A stretch of DNA of 43,290 bases from the NCBI GenBank assembly GCA_029260255.1, contig JAJDDR010000111.1, forward strand, positions 1 to 43,290, in the 5' to 3' direction. The first letter of the stretch is position 1, and the number at the start of each line of letters is the position of its first letter. The notes below the pieces were generated by a model that was not told where the DNA came from, ran no database searches, and worked only from the letters and a program-made list of their open reading frames with translations. Position numbers and translations under genes: made by a program. The stretch comes from Phycisphaerae bacterium. Lineage in GTDB: Bacteria; Planctomycetota; Phycisphaerae; UBA1845. Positions 8,544-18,191 of the stretch are shown here, in pieces.

Positions 8544-10211
8544 CTACTCGACCGGGCCGTGCGTTTCATCGGACTCAGCAAGGTCAGGATGGGAAGTGTT
8601 GAGCCGAACGGTGAACGTGGTTCCGGAGATTGAACTCCCTACTTCGATCGTGCCGTTCAACTCGTCGACGATCTTCTTGGCCGCGGCCAGTCCGAGCCCG
8701 GTGCCCCCGTGCCCTTTTGTCGAATGAAACGGGTCGAAGATCCGATGGCGAAGCTCTTCGGGGATTCCGTCTCCGTTATCAGAGATCGACAACACCACGT
8801 GGTCCGCGTTCTGTTCGTACTCCGTGCGGACACACACACGACCGCCGTCTTTGGGGCACGCGTCGATGGCGTTGATGAGGATGTTGCTGAGCACTTGGTG
8901 CATGCCGTCGAGATCGAGGGGCATTGGAGGCAGATCGGTGAGTTCGGTCTGAATGACCACCCCGCTCTCCCTGGTCTGCCACTCGAGCAGGCCCACGGCC
9001 TCCGCGACCAGCTCGTTGAGTCGGGCCATTTCGATCAGCGGCTGCCGGTCTTTGCTGAAGGTCAGCATGTCGGTGGCCATGCGGTAGGTTCTGTCGACGT
9101 TCCCCTGCACGATGCGCCAACCGTCGCGGACGTTGTCGAGCGAATTCCGCGCGAGTGCCATGTCGATGACGTCGGCACCGCTGCGCATGCCCTGGAGGAT
9201 GTTGCGGATGTTGTGCGATAGATGAGCGACGGTCTCGCCGACCGCGGCGAGGCGCTCGTTCCGGACGCGCGACTCGATCAACCGTGCGTTCTCGATGGCC
9301 ATGCCCGCCATCTTGCCGATCGCGGTCGTCAGCAGGAGTTGCTGCTGGGTGTACGTGTGGTTGGCCACGCCGCAGTCCAGGTGGATGACACCGACGACCG
9401 AATCGTGCGAGAGAATCGGCACGCAGATCACGCTCCTCAGTCCCATGCGGTGGACGCTGGCATCCCTCTGATCGGCGCCGAATCGAGAATCGGCCTGCGC
9501 GTTCGCGCACAGGACTCCCTCCCTGGTGTCGACAACGTGGTTGATGATCCGGCGGCTCGTCACGATCTTGTCCTGCAGACCCACGAGGTGGTGATTCCGG
9601 TGGCGGACCACGAATGGTACGAGTTCGGTCGTATCGGGCTCCCGCATGAGCACGAAGAGCCGATCGACCTGCAGGTGCCGGAAGATGATCTCGACCATGC
9701 GATCGATGAACTCGTGCACCGATGCGAACGTGCCGATCGTCTCCACCAGCTGGTACATCACGTTCCACGCGTGGACGGCGTCGTATGTGTCGGGGGACGC
9801 CAGGATGACGCTCTCGTCGCTGGCGCTGGCACTCGCGAGGATCGATGAATCGATGTTCGTGTCTTCGGGTTCCAGCTTGATCAAGTCGCGCGTGCACGGC
9901 GGACGCCCCAGCGGATTGGAGGAATCATCGTCCTTGAACATCATCACGCTGCTGCCCAGCCTGACACGGTCGCCGAACTTCAGCCGTGTCGGACCATGGA
10001 TTCGCGTGCCGTTGATGTACGTCCCGTTCGAGCTTTGGCTGTCCTCGATGATCCAGAACCCACCCTCGTGTCGAAGCTCGGCGTGTTGTCGGGAAATCGA
10101 ATGGTCGGAGAGCGGCACGTCCGCTGACCGGCGGCCGAGCACCGTGGGCTTACGCGTCGTGTAAAACGTCGCCCCCTTGTCGGGACCTTGAAGAATGTAT
10201 ATCGACGGCAC
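8544..10211 (-). CDS. Cytoplasmic sensor histidine kinase with FHA and GAF domains
   Basis: FHA (LGRR, ISRQHA, SSNGTYING); GAF (RSVICVPI, GVIHLD); H-box SHNIRNIL, N-box NILINAIDA, DNGDGI, IFDPFHSTK, GTGLGL. Confidence 0.93.
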   Translation of the reverse strand: MPSIYILQGPDKGATFYTTRKPTVLGRRSADVPLSDHSISRQHAELRHEGGFWIIEDSQSSNGTYINGTRIHGPTRLKFGDRVRLGSSVMMFKDDDSSNPLGRPPCTRDLIKLEPEDTNIDSSILASASASDESVILASPDTYDAVHAWNVMYQLVETIGTFASVHEFIDRMVEIIFRHLQVDRLFVLMREPDTTELVPFVVRHRNHHLVGLQDKIVTSRRIINHVVDTREGVLCANAQADSRFGADQRDASVHRMGLRSVICVPILSHDSVVGVIHLDCGVANHTYTQQQLLLTTAIGKMAGMAIENARLIESRVRNERLAAVGETVAHLSHNIRNILQGMRSGADVIDMALARNSLDNVRDGWRIVQGNVDRTYRMATDMLTFSKDRQPLIEMARLNELVAEAVGLLEWQTRESGVVIQTELTDLPPMPLDLDGMHQVLSNILINAIDACPKDGGRVCVRTEYEQNADHVVLSISDNGDGIPEELRHRIFDPFHSTKGHGGTGLGLAAAKKIVDELNGTIEVGSSISGTTFTVRLNTSHPDLAESDETHGPVE

Positions 10212-10356
10212 GGGCTTATCCTTCTCCCCGCCGGGCCTCGGCGGATCGTTGTCGGACTATGCCGGACGTGCGAAGCGCGAACAACGAGACGATGCGGCTA
10301 TCCCACCTGCGTTGATTGTACGCGTCCTCGGTTTTTCCCACCTACCTGTCCGTAGG

Positions 10357-10385
10357 ATTGTAGAATGGGGTGGTGAGGGTGTCAA
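10357..10385 (-). promoter_or_regulatory. Sigma70-type promoter for the FHA-GAF kinase gene
   Basis: Minus strand TTGACA-17 bp-TACAAT, near consensus, ~145 bp upstream of the GTG start. Confidence 0.7.
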
Positions 10386-10411
10386 TCGACGACGTTGCTG
10401 GCCCGCTGCGG

Positions 10412-10525
10412 GGGTGTGGCCAGGGATTTTGGCATGCCAATGGCGGGTTCCACCCGCCTTCTTGCTCGGTTGCGGCGGGTAAAACCCGCCCTACCCGGAC
10501 GGTGCCAAGAAGAACAGCCACACCC
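10412..10525. mobile_element. Divergent MITE copy (same family as 28298 and 42600)
   Basis: TIR GGGTGTGGC...GCCACACCC; shared core GGCGGGTTCCACCCGCCTTCTTGCTCGGTTGCGGCGGGT..ACCCGCCCTAC; flanking direct repeat (C)CGCTGCGG of 8-9 bp. Confidence 0.7.
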
Positions 10526-10753
10526 CGCTGCGGCCCCGAAACGCCGGTCCGATAGTCTCGAGCCACGCGTCGTTGGCGGGGCGTCCTAAAGGAATCGCTC
10601 GCCGAAACCGACGATGTAGGCGTGCGCACGGCGAACGGTGGGCAGCCGCGATTCGTTTGCTTCGCCCTCGGTGTGCGCTTTGGCGAGTTGCCGAAACCGA
10701 AACGCAGGAGTGATGGCGTGAGCGGACCCCGCAGCCTCGATTCTCTCCACAAG

Positions 10754-11233
10754 ATGCCCCACCGCGACGGCAGTGCCTCCGAGTCGTCCGACGAATTCGA
10801 GGCGGCGCTCGATTCACTGTTGTCGGTTCAGAAGGATGCCGCGGAGGCTGGCGACGCGACGCGGGACGCCGAACTCCAGCAATCGCCCCTCGATCGCCTG
10901 CGGGCGATATTCAGCGAAGATCTCGTTCCGCTGGTCTGCTCCATGGGGCAACGGTACGCAAGCAAGGGCGTCTGCGTTCACATGGACGCCTCGGATTTCC
11001 TCGCCGGCGGCCGCGGATTGCAGATCGAGATCCGGTTTCGTGACAATCGTCTGTGTCTGGACGGGACGGTCATGCCCGACTCCATCGCGTTTCACGAGAC
11101 GCGATTCACGAGCGACCTCGGCGGGACCGTGGTCGGTGGTCCGATGCTGCGTGCACGACACCTCACCAAGAAGGCGTTCGCCGATTTCCTTTACGATCGC
11201 ATTATCAAGCTCGTAAAATCGGTCAGCCGCTGA
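10754..11233 (+). CDS. Hypothetical cytoplasmic protein
   Basis: ORF with natural-looking composition (acidic N-terminus, alpha/beta C-terminus) filling the gap between neighbours; start taken at ATG 10754. Confidence 0.7.
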   Translation: MPHRDGSASESSDEFEAALDSLLSVQKDAAEAGDATRDAELQQSPLDRLRAIFSEDLVPLVCSMGQRYASKGVCVHMDASDFLAGGRGLQIEIRFRDNRLCLDGTVMPDSIAFHETRFTSDLGGTVVGGPMLRARHLTKKAFADFLYDRIIKLVKSVSR

Positions 11234-11260
11234 GCCGGTTCACAACGTCCGCCGCGCAAC

Positions 11261-12139
11261 TCAGCCGCGCTCGCCGTAGTCGATTTGCGTCTTGGGCACA
11301 TCGTCCACCGCATTGTTCTTGCGGTGCTCTTCCATGCCGGGCGGCTCGGAAAACGCCTTCTCGGAATCCAGGGGCGGCTCATTGGAGTCGCACAACTGCC
11401 TGAAATACGGAGCGAGTTGGTCGTACGTCGCCAGGCGCGACGGTTTGTCCAGCCGCGACCACAGGCGCGCCTTGTGCATGATGTTGATGTCCGGTTTCTG
11501 CAGGAACTGAACGATCGAATTGTCGCGCATGTTCTTGAGCGGCGCGAGGTGGCGGCGGGCGGTTTGCCCCGGTTCGATCTGCTTGTCCTGCATGTAGTAG
11601 GTCCAGCCCTGTCTGGCCCGCGCCATCGCCGCGATGCTCTGGTCCACTTCGCCGAGGCTGAGGTGTTTTAGCGATCGGTGGATCCACGAGCCGATGATCG
11701 CGTTGGCCCGCTTGTAGCTGTCGAACTCGCCTTTGAACTCGCTGAACACGAACGCATCGAGAGGTTGCCGGTACCGTTCCTGTACTTCGCCGGTGTCCTT
11801 GTCGGGATTGTACTTCCTCAGGTACGCGTAGTATTCGCGGGCCAGCGCGAGATTCTTCGGTCCGCCTTCGGTGTAGAGCTGGCGAACGCCGTCCTCCAGA
11901 TTCGTGACATGACCGGTGTGGTAGTTGGGTCCCGCGGTGCCCTCCACGAAGCTCGGATCGTCGCCGAACTGTTCCTTTCCCAGTCGCAGATACGTTTCGT
12001 GCATGTGCTCGATGAAACGCGAATCCGGCAGCAACTCGATATGAGATCGCTTGGGATCGTCAAAATCGGGCTCGAGGATCAGTTTGCCCCGCTTTATGGT
12101 AAACGCCAGCCCGAAGAATATGTATCGGACGGTGTTCAT
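11261..12139 (-). CDS. C-terminal part of an interrupted hypothetical helical protein (in frame with 12149-13240)
   Basis: Same frame as the upstream ORF, separated by one TAA plus three codons (HDS). Confidence 0.7.
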   Translation of the reverse strand: MNTVRYIFFGLAFTIKRGKLILEPDFDDPKRSHIELLPDSRFIEHMHETYLRLGKEQFGDDPSFVEGTAGPNYHTGHVTNLEDGVRQLYTEGGPKNLALAREYYAYLRKYNPDKDTGEVQERYRQPLDAFVFSEFKGEFDSYKRANAIIGSWIHRSLKHLSLGEVDQSIAAMARARQGWTYYMQDKQIEPGQTARRHLAPLKNMRDNSIVQFLQKPDINIMHKARLWSRLDKPSRLATYDQLAPYFRQLCDSNEPPLDSEKAFSEPPGMEEHRKNNAVDDVPKTQIDYGERG

Positions 12140-12148
12140 CGAGTCGTG

Positions 12149-13240
12149 TTAGTCGAGATCGTGCCGGCCGTTTGTGTCCATGTCACCGCGCGTGGACCAG
12201 TACAGCGAGTGCGAGTACGGAACGCGCCAGTCGAGGGGCCCGAACTGGTTCATGAGCTGGAGCATCCAGTCGGGATCCATGTTGTAGCGATCACGCAGGA
12301 CGCGCTTGCGCAGGCACGCGAGCACCCGATCGCGCGGTTCGACGTTCGCCTTGTCGGTCAAGTACTCGATCCGCGACTCATGAAGCGTACGGACGGTGTC
12401 TTCCTCGACGTTCTTGAGGAAGTCCGTCACCTGCAGATCCGAACGGAGGTTTCGGGCGGCGAATTCGAGGAGCGTTTCGTCGGCACTCAGTGCGACATCA
12501 CCCAGGCCTGCGGCAAACTGCGCAACCTCTCCGTCCGCGGCCAGCAAGTCGTCGAGGCGTTCCGGCGCGTCAGCCACTTGCGCGAAATGTTCTATGATCT
12601 CCGCGTCGTTGAGCACCACCGGAGGCGCGCCCAACACGCGCTCCATCTCGACCGCCAGCTCCTTCTTGTACGTCCAGTGGTAGTCGTCGAGAAAATCGCC
12701 GACCTTGTGCCAGAACATCCAGGCCAGCTCCAGGTACAGCCCGATGGACTTGTCATTGTAGCGCAGCCCCTCGTTTCGGATGAGGTCGATCCCCTTGCGA
12801 ACCCAGTACCATCGTCCCTGCGGCGTGTACTGCATCACGCTGATGTTGTACGCTTGGTTCCACGCGGCGTACTTCCAGACCGAGGGAAAACGCGGCGAGA
12901 GCTTGCAAATGATGCTCGATAGTTTGTTCAGTTCGTAGTACTTGTTATCTTCCTTCAATCGCTCCAGCCGGATGAAAAGAAAATCGATCGCCAACGCCCG
13001 AAAGGTTCCCATTTTGGTCAACAGCGCGATGTCGGCCGGTAGGCCCTGCGTTGACTCGGCGTCCAGCGTCAACTGGTGTTCGAGGCGCTGGCTGTCGATC
13101 GGGGACACCAGCACGCTCCCGAATCCAACACAGACCACCGCCACGATGACCGCGCCGATCTGCACCGTACGTTCGCTCCGTTTCGCCTGCTGGCGGCGGA
13201 GGAGGTATTCCGGGATGTCGTGTTGTGTGACCTGTGACAT
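12149..13240 (-). CDS. N-terminal part of a membrane-anchored TPR-like protein (PilG/Xap-like, ABC-associated); truncated by TAA
   Basis: N-terminal TM (IGAVIVAVVCVGFGSVLV); aromatic helical motifs GTFRALAIDFLFIR, PRFPSVWKYAAWNQAYNIS, LYLELAWMFWHK; directly downstream of the ABC permease. Confidence 0.75.
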   Translation of the reverse strand: MSQVTQHDIPEYLLRRQQAKRSERTVQIGAVIVAVVCVGFGSVLVSPIDSQRLEHQLTLDAESTQGLPADIALLTKMGTFRALAIDFLFIRLERLKEDNKYYELNKLSSIICKLSPRFPSVWKYAAWNQAYNISVMQYTPQGRWYWVRKGIDLIRNEGLRYNDKSIGLYLELAWMFWHKVGDFLDDYHWTYKKELAVEMERVLGAPPVVLNDAEIIEHFAQVADAPERLDDLLAADGEVAQFAAGLGDVALSADETLLEFAARNLRSDLQVTDFLKNVEEDTVRTLHESRIEYLTDKANVEPRDRVLACLRKRVLRDRYNMDPDWMLQLMNQFGPLDWRVPYSHSLYWSTRGDMDTNGRHDLD

Positions 13241-13278
13241 TGAACCCAAAGCGTATTACCCTCGCCCACCGTGAGCGA

Positions 13279-14661
13279 CTAGAAAGATGTCTCCGCGACC
13301 TCGCGACGCTGGAATAGAAAGCACGCCGCCAACCCCGTGCCGAGTGTGCCCAAGCCGAGCTTCCCGACCGCAGTCAGGACCCACATCAAGGTTACGTTTC
13401 GCCCGTTCACCAGCAGGCTCGTGCCGTCGTATTGCGAGAAGTTCGGGATGATGAAGAACGCAACTTTGTAAAGCAAACTTGCGGCCATCTTGAATGCCCA
13501 GTAGACGCCTTCGTCCTCGAAGTGGATCAGCGAGTCAGTCAGGAAGCCCGACATCGTCGCGAGTGCCAGGAAGGCGAAGGTGACCAGGCAGGCCACCGGA
13601 AACGAAAACACGCAGACCATCGCCAGGGCGAACGCCGCGAGCAGCATCAGCTTGCACATGATCATCGTCATCTGCCGCGCGAGGTTCCCGCCAAACGTAC
13701 CCACCGTAAACAGCACCTCGATGTCGCTCGGAGACGTGAAGCTGATCGTATTGCCGTACTGCGGCTCGCCCTCGAAAGGGTTGCGATTGTGCAGTTCCGC
13801 CCGGAGCGTTCGGTAGGGTGTGACCGCGTCGGCCGGAACGAACAGCGAATGGTATCGGTTGATCACGTCACGCCGCTGAAACTGATAGACCGGCGTTCCC
13901 AAGTCGGGATCGCCCACGTACCACTCGGCCCGCAGGATCTCGTCCATGGCGTAGGCCCACACCTCGGCCTTGTACCGGATCTGAATCGTGCGGTCGGCGG
14001 TGCGGTCACAGCGGATGTTCTCGAATTCGAAGACGCGTGCCTCCAGTGGAAACAGCGTGCGGTAACGTTGTGCCATCTCCGTCTTGAGGCGCGCCTTTTC
14101 CGTCTTGGGGTCGATCTTCTGGACGACGGCATCATACGCCCCGGTTTCGAGTTTCTCGTTGAATTGAGCCCCGGCTTGCTCGCTGAAATCGATCTCGATC
14201 ATCGAAACTGCGTGCCGCGCCGTGAGCACTTCGTCGCGGAGTCGAAGTTCATCGTACTCGTCGGCGGGTGTCCGGGTAGCCATCCACTTCGCAGTGCCGT
14301 AAATGGCGACGCCGGACCCGGCAAGCATGACGCCCGTCAGCGTGATGATGCCGACCCACTTTCCGACGACGAACTGCCAGCGGGGGATGGGCTTGGCCAT
14401 CAACGTCATGATCTGCCCGCCGACAATCTCCTGCGAGAGGGTGCGTGCCAGAAAAATCGTCAGCACGCTGAGGAAGAACTCGACTCCGCCGATCGAGAAC
14501 GACAGAAAAGCCTGAACGGCCGAACTGACCGAGTCCTCCCGCCGCAGCGTGAGAGGGAGCCCCACGACCAGAATGAGGATCAAGGCGATGAACACCAGGG
14601 CGATCTTCATACGCAGACTCTCGGCGATGGTGTGCCGCGCGATGGCACCAATTCTACGCAT
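13279..14661 (-). CDS. ABC-2 type transporter permease with large extracytoplasmic domain
   Basis: IARHTIAESLR N-terminus, LMAKPIPRWQFVVGKWVG motif, several TM helices, C-terminal FQRREV; overlaps the ATPase stop. Confidence 0.88.
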   Translation of the reverse strand: MRRIGAIARHTIAESLRMKIALVFIALILILVVGLPLTLRREDSVSSAVQAFLSFSIGGVEFFLSVLTIFLARTLSQEIVGGQIMTLMAKPIPRWQFVVGKWVGIITLTGVMLAGSGVAIYGTAKWMATRTPADEYDELRLRDEVLTARHAVSMIEIDFSEQAGAQFNEKLETGAYDAVVQKIDPKTEKARLKTEMAQRYRTLFPLEARVFEFENIRCDRTADRTIQIRYKAEVWAYAMDEILRAEWYVGDPDLGTPVYQFQRRDVINRYHSLFVPADAVTPYRTLRAELHNRNPFEGEPQYGNTISFTSPSDIEVLFTVGTFGGNLARQMTMIMCKLMLLAAFALAMVCVFSFPVACLVTFAFLALATMSGFLTDSLIHFEDEGVYWAFKMAASLLYKVAFFIIPNFSQYDGTSLLVNGRNVTLMWVLTAVGKLGLGTLGTGLAACFLFQRREVAETSF

Positions 14662-15856
14662 CGTCGCCGTCCTTCTTGTCCTTGATCAGTGCGTCGATGA
14701 CGCTGCGATCGGCCTCCGGCGCGGGCGGCGCTGCGGGTGGCACATCCGACGCCGCGGGAAGTTCCTCTTCCGCGTGCCGCGTCGAAGCGGCATCCACCCG
14801 TGTCAATTGCTCGATGATCTGCTTGGCGGGTTCGTCCGACGCCTTCCGGCGGATTTCAACCGGCGTGACGGGCATGACCGGAACCTCCCGGTCAGCGGCG
14901 GACACGAGCTGGTCGACGACGTTGACGGGCTTCGTCTCACCCAGGAAATCGGCAATCGCGCCGGCGCGGCGGGCGCCCGAACTCCTGGCGTTGGTCTGCT
15001 CGGCACGCTCGATCGTCTCCATGAAAAACTTCTCGAGGCGGTCCGAGGGGGCGCCAACGCTGAGTATCTTCTTCTGCCCCGATCGCTGCAGGAGGTTCCG
15101 CACCTCCTCGATTGTCTCCGAAGAGAGTTTCTCGGAGGTGATCTGCGTTCGGTCCTCGCGGCACAGCAAGTCCGTGATCGATCCGGTCGATCGTTCCCGC
15201 CCGCCATAGAGAATCGTGATGCGGTCGCAAACATCCTCGACATCCGCGAGCAGGTGGCTCGACAGCAGGATGGTCTTGCCCTTGCTCGCCAGTTCCCGAA
15301 TGACATCCTTGATCTGTCGAATCCCGATCGGATCCAGCCCCGCCGTGGGCTCATCGAGGATGAGAAACTCCGGATCGTTGATCAACGCCTGAGCGAGACC
15401 GATGCGCCGAGCCATGCCCTTGGAGTACTCGCCGATTCGACGCTTGGATTCGGCGGCGAGCCCCACCATATCGAGGAGCTTGTCGATGCGTTCGCGGCGT
15501 TGTTTCGAATGCTGTTGGAAGATGCGACCGTATAAGTCCAGCGTCTCCCGCGCATTGAGGAACCGATAGAGAAAGGACTCCTCCGGAAGGAAGCCGATCC
15601 GCGCTTTGACCGCGACGTCCGTCGGGGGGCGGCCGAACAAGGAAATGCGGCCGCGCGTCGGGTACAGGAGCCCGAGGAGCATCTTGATGGTCGTGCTCTT
15701 GCCCGACCCGTTGGGACCCAGCAGACCGAACACCTCGCCGCGGCGGACCTCCAGATTGAGGTCGTCGACGGCAACAACGCGGTCTCGCCGCCAGAAGTCC
15801 TTGAAAATCTTGGTCAAACCGGCGGTCTGGGCTACCGGGAATTCAGTCGGGTTCAT
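14654..15856 (-). CDS. ABC transporter ATP-binding protein (PilH-like) with long C-terminal extension
   Basis: Walker A GPNGSGKST, signature YSKGM, Walker B LILDEP, H-loop SSH. Confidence 0.95.
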   Translation of the reverse strand: MNPTEFPVAQTAGLTKIFKDFWRRDRVVAVDDLNLEVRRGEVFGLLGPNGSGKSTTIKMLLGLLYPTRGRISLFGRPPTDVAVKARIGFLPEESFLYRFLNARETLDLYGRIFQQHSKQRRERIDKLLDMVGLAAESKRRIGEYSKGMARRIGLAQALINDPEFLILDEPTAGLDPIGIRQIKDVIRELASKGKTILLSSHLLADVEDVCDRITILYGGRERSTGSITDLLCREDRTQITSEKLSSETIEEVRNLLQRSGQKKILSVGAPSDRLEKFFMETIERAEQTNARSSGARRAGAIADFLGETKPVNVVDQLVSAADREVPVMPVTPVEIRRKASDEPAKQIIEQLTRVDAASTRHAEEELPAASDVPPAAPPAPEADRSVIDALIKDKKDGDDA

Positions 15857-15926
15857 GATACGCCATTGGCCCTTGAGTGTACCTGTCGCGGCGCGCGCCC
15901 TATCGGCGTTCGTTTCGATCTCAGGG

Positions 15927-17219
15927 TTACCAGGGAACCGTCAACGGTCCACCCGGGTTTATTTGTTGCCACTGACGCGGCGATCCGTCTTCTATCTCTT
16001 TGAGGTACGCGTCACGCTCTTTCTTGTCGCGTTGCTTCGGATCGAGCCCCACCTTCAGGCGGAATTGCGAACCGGGTGGGCGATAGATCTTCGTAAGTCC
16101 GGGGCGGCTGAGAAAGACGCCTTTCGTGTCCTGCCACAGTCGTGTCATCAGAAGTTCGGGGTCGGTTCGATACTCGGCGAGAAGCCCGTTGTACTGCTCG
16201 GCGTCCGCGCGCATGCTCTGCACGACAGCGCTGTAGTGGCCCTTGGCGTTGCGCACCATCGTCCCGGCGGTGCCCGACGCCTCGAACTCGATGATGCGGC
16301 CGATCTCGGCGGTCAGGTTCCCGATCTCGGCGTCATCGCCATCGGCCTGCGCCGCCTCCAGAGCATCCAGTTTCGAGATCAACAACACGTGCGACGTGCC
16401 GGCAACCGCGTTGAGCATCTCGGTCGCCTGCTGCTCGGCGCTGCGAATCTTGGTTCGCTTGTTGTTCTCTTCGCGCGTCACGTTGGCGAATGTGAGCAAC
16501 GTTTGAATCGGCGGCGTCGATTTTTGGATCTCCACGGATTCCACGACGATCCCGGTGTCCAGCCCCGCGAGCCTCTTGTCCACCTCACGCTTCACCGCGG
16601 CGCGCAACTCCGACAGTCGCTTGACCGTGGCGTCTTCCGTGGTGTAGCCGCCCACCACGTCGATGGCCGCGTTTTCGAGCACCTTGGTGATGAGCTTCTC
16701 GGCGTGCTTCACGTCGGTGTCGGATACCAGCGAGACGTACTTGGTGAGGTCGTCGATCGCGTAGGTCACTTCCCAGAGTGCGTGAACGAATCCGTTGTCT
16801 CCAGTGAGCAACGCCCCGTCGCGCATGGGGTGCAGCCCCTTCCCTCCGCGGCGCAACTCGGCCAGCGGGATGCCCTGTTCGTTCTCCTTGAGGTCCATCC
16901 AGTGGCTGCGAATCGTGACCGTGCTGCTCTGCTTGACGGGGATCTTGACGACCTCGTCGATCGGAGCGGGAAACGCCCAGTTGAACCCGGCATCGCGTAT
17001 GCCACCAACCGGCTTGCCCAGCCGAAGCACGATGGCTTGCTCGTTCTGGTCGACGACGAAGGTGCCGGACGCCAGAAAAAGCATGACCAGCACCACCATG
17101 GCGAGCTTCAGAATCCTGAAGCTGGTGCTCAACGCTTCGGTAAGCGACTGGCCGGCGGAGTCCATCGGAACGCCGCCGGGGGCGGGCGTCGACGTTGGGT
17201 TTTGGGGGTCACTGCTCAT
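15927..17219 (-). CDS. SPFH-domain (HflK-like) membrane protein
   Basis: One N-terminal TM, then VDQNEQAIVLRLGK, GFNWAFPAPIDEVVKIP, LLTGDNG and a coiled-coil C-terminus. Start at MSSDPQ. Confidence 0.88.
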   Translation of the reverse strand: MSSDPQNPTSTPAPGGVPMDSAGQSLTEALSTSFRILKLAMVVLVMLFLASGTFVVDQNEQAIVLRLGKPVGGIRDAGFNWAFPAPIDEVVKIPVKQSSTVTIRSHWMDLKENEQGIPLAELRRGGKGLHPMRDGALLTGDNGFVHALWEVTYAIDDLTKYVSLVSDTDVKHAEKLITKVLENAAIDVVGGYTTEDATVKRLSELRAAVKREVDKRLAGLDTGIVVESVEIQKSTPPIQTLLTFANVTREENNKRTKIRSAEQQATEMLNAVAGTSHVLLISKLDALEAAQADGDDAEIGNLTAEIGRIIEFEASGTAGTMVRNAKGHYSAVVQSMRADAEQYNGLLAEYRTDPELLMTRLWQDTKGVFLSRPGLTKIYRPPGSQFRLKVGLDPKQRDKKERDAYLKEIEDGSPRQWQQINPGGPLTVPW

Positions 17220-17226
17220 GTACTTG

Positions 17227-18165
17227 TCACTTCCGCGATACCGCATCGATAACCGTCAGTTCATCATGGTTGGATGCACCGACCGCCGCGCCGTCAAGCT
17301 TGAACAGGTCGATGGGGGGATCGTTCTTGTCCAGAATCAGCGTCGTGTCATCCTGGAGGGACTCCCGAAATGCGCCGAGCTTGTCGAGGAAGATGCGCAG
17401 TTCGGGGTATTCCTCGAACTGCGCGTAAATCTCGCTGATCTTCTTCTGCCCTTCGTTGCGGATCTCGTCGGCCTTGCGTTGGGCGACGGACATGATGCGC
17501 ATCTCCGCGGCCCGGGCGGCCGCGACGATCTGAGCCGCTTGCGCGTTGCCCTCCGCCTCGTAGTTCTTGGCTTTGTTCTCTTCGTTTTTCTTCATGCTGT
17601 CGAAGATGGCCTTGGTGACCGATTCGGGCAGCGTGAGCTTGGTGATGCCGAAGTACTTCACGTCGACGCCGTATTGTTCGCGCCAAACGTCGCGCACCGG
17701 CTCGAGCATCTCGTGCTCCACTTCGCGCAGCTTGCGATTTTCCGGGTTCGTGGAGACGAAGTTCGAGAAATCGTATTGCCCGATGACGGCTTTCTTCTGG
17801 GATCGGATCGCGTTGCGCAGTTGCTTCTCGCCATCCTCTTCGCGCTCGAATCGCTTGTGGAACAGATACGGATCCTCGATCGTCCAGAACGTCGCCGTGG
17901 TGACGATCACGTTCTTGCTGTCGGCGGTGATCGTCTCCTCGGTTCGATCCTCCAGAACGCGGATGCGCGTATCGAACTTGACGACGCTCTGGATCGGCCA
18001 CGGCCATTTGAAGTACAGCCCGGCATCCTGAATGGTGTCGTCGGACTTCTCCCCGAAGGTCTTCTTGATGGCCACCTCGGTGAACCGGACCTGGAACGTG
18101 CACATGTAGAATCCGAGGATCAGGACAACGACGGCCGCTGCCGCCAGCGTGGGTAGATTTCGCAT
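17227..18165 (-). CDS. hflC: SPFH-domain HflC-like protein
   Basis: GLYFKWPWPIQSVVKFDTRIR, ITADSKNVIV, WTIEDP, EAEGNAQAAQI and YAQFEEYPEL motifs, HflC-type. Start at MRNLPT. Confidence 0.8.
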   Translation of the reverse strand: MRNLPTLAAAAVVVLILGFYMCTFQVRFTEVAIKKTFGEKSDDTIQDAGLYFKWPWPIQSVVKFDTRIRVLEDRTEETITADSKNVIVTTATFWTIEDPYLFHKRFEREEDGEKQLRNAIRSQKKAVIGQYDFSNFVSTNPENRKLREVEHEMLEPVRDVWREQYGVDVKYFGITKLTLPESVTKAIFDSMKKNEENKAKNYEAEGNAQAAQIVAAARAAEMRIMSVAQRKADEIRNEGQKKISEIYAQFEEYPELRIFLDKLGAFRESLQDDTTLILDKNDPPIDLFKLDGAAVGASNHDELTVIDAVSRK

Positions 18166-18191
18166 GGGTTCTTCCTCTGAGGCGTCACCGC

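Noticed and set aside
20-12151. Stop-codon reassignment suggested by two in-frame stops (TAG at 20, TAA at 12149)
   Set aside because: TAA, TAG and TGA all terminate conserved genes normally in this window (kinase TAA, purQ TAG, purL TGA).
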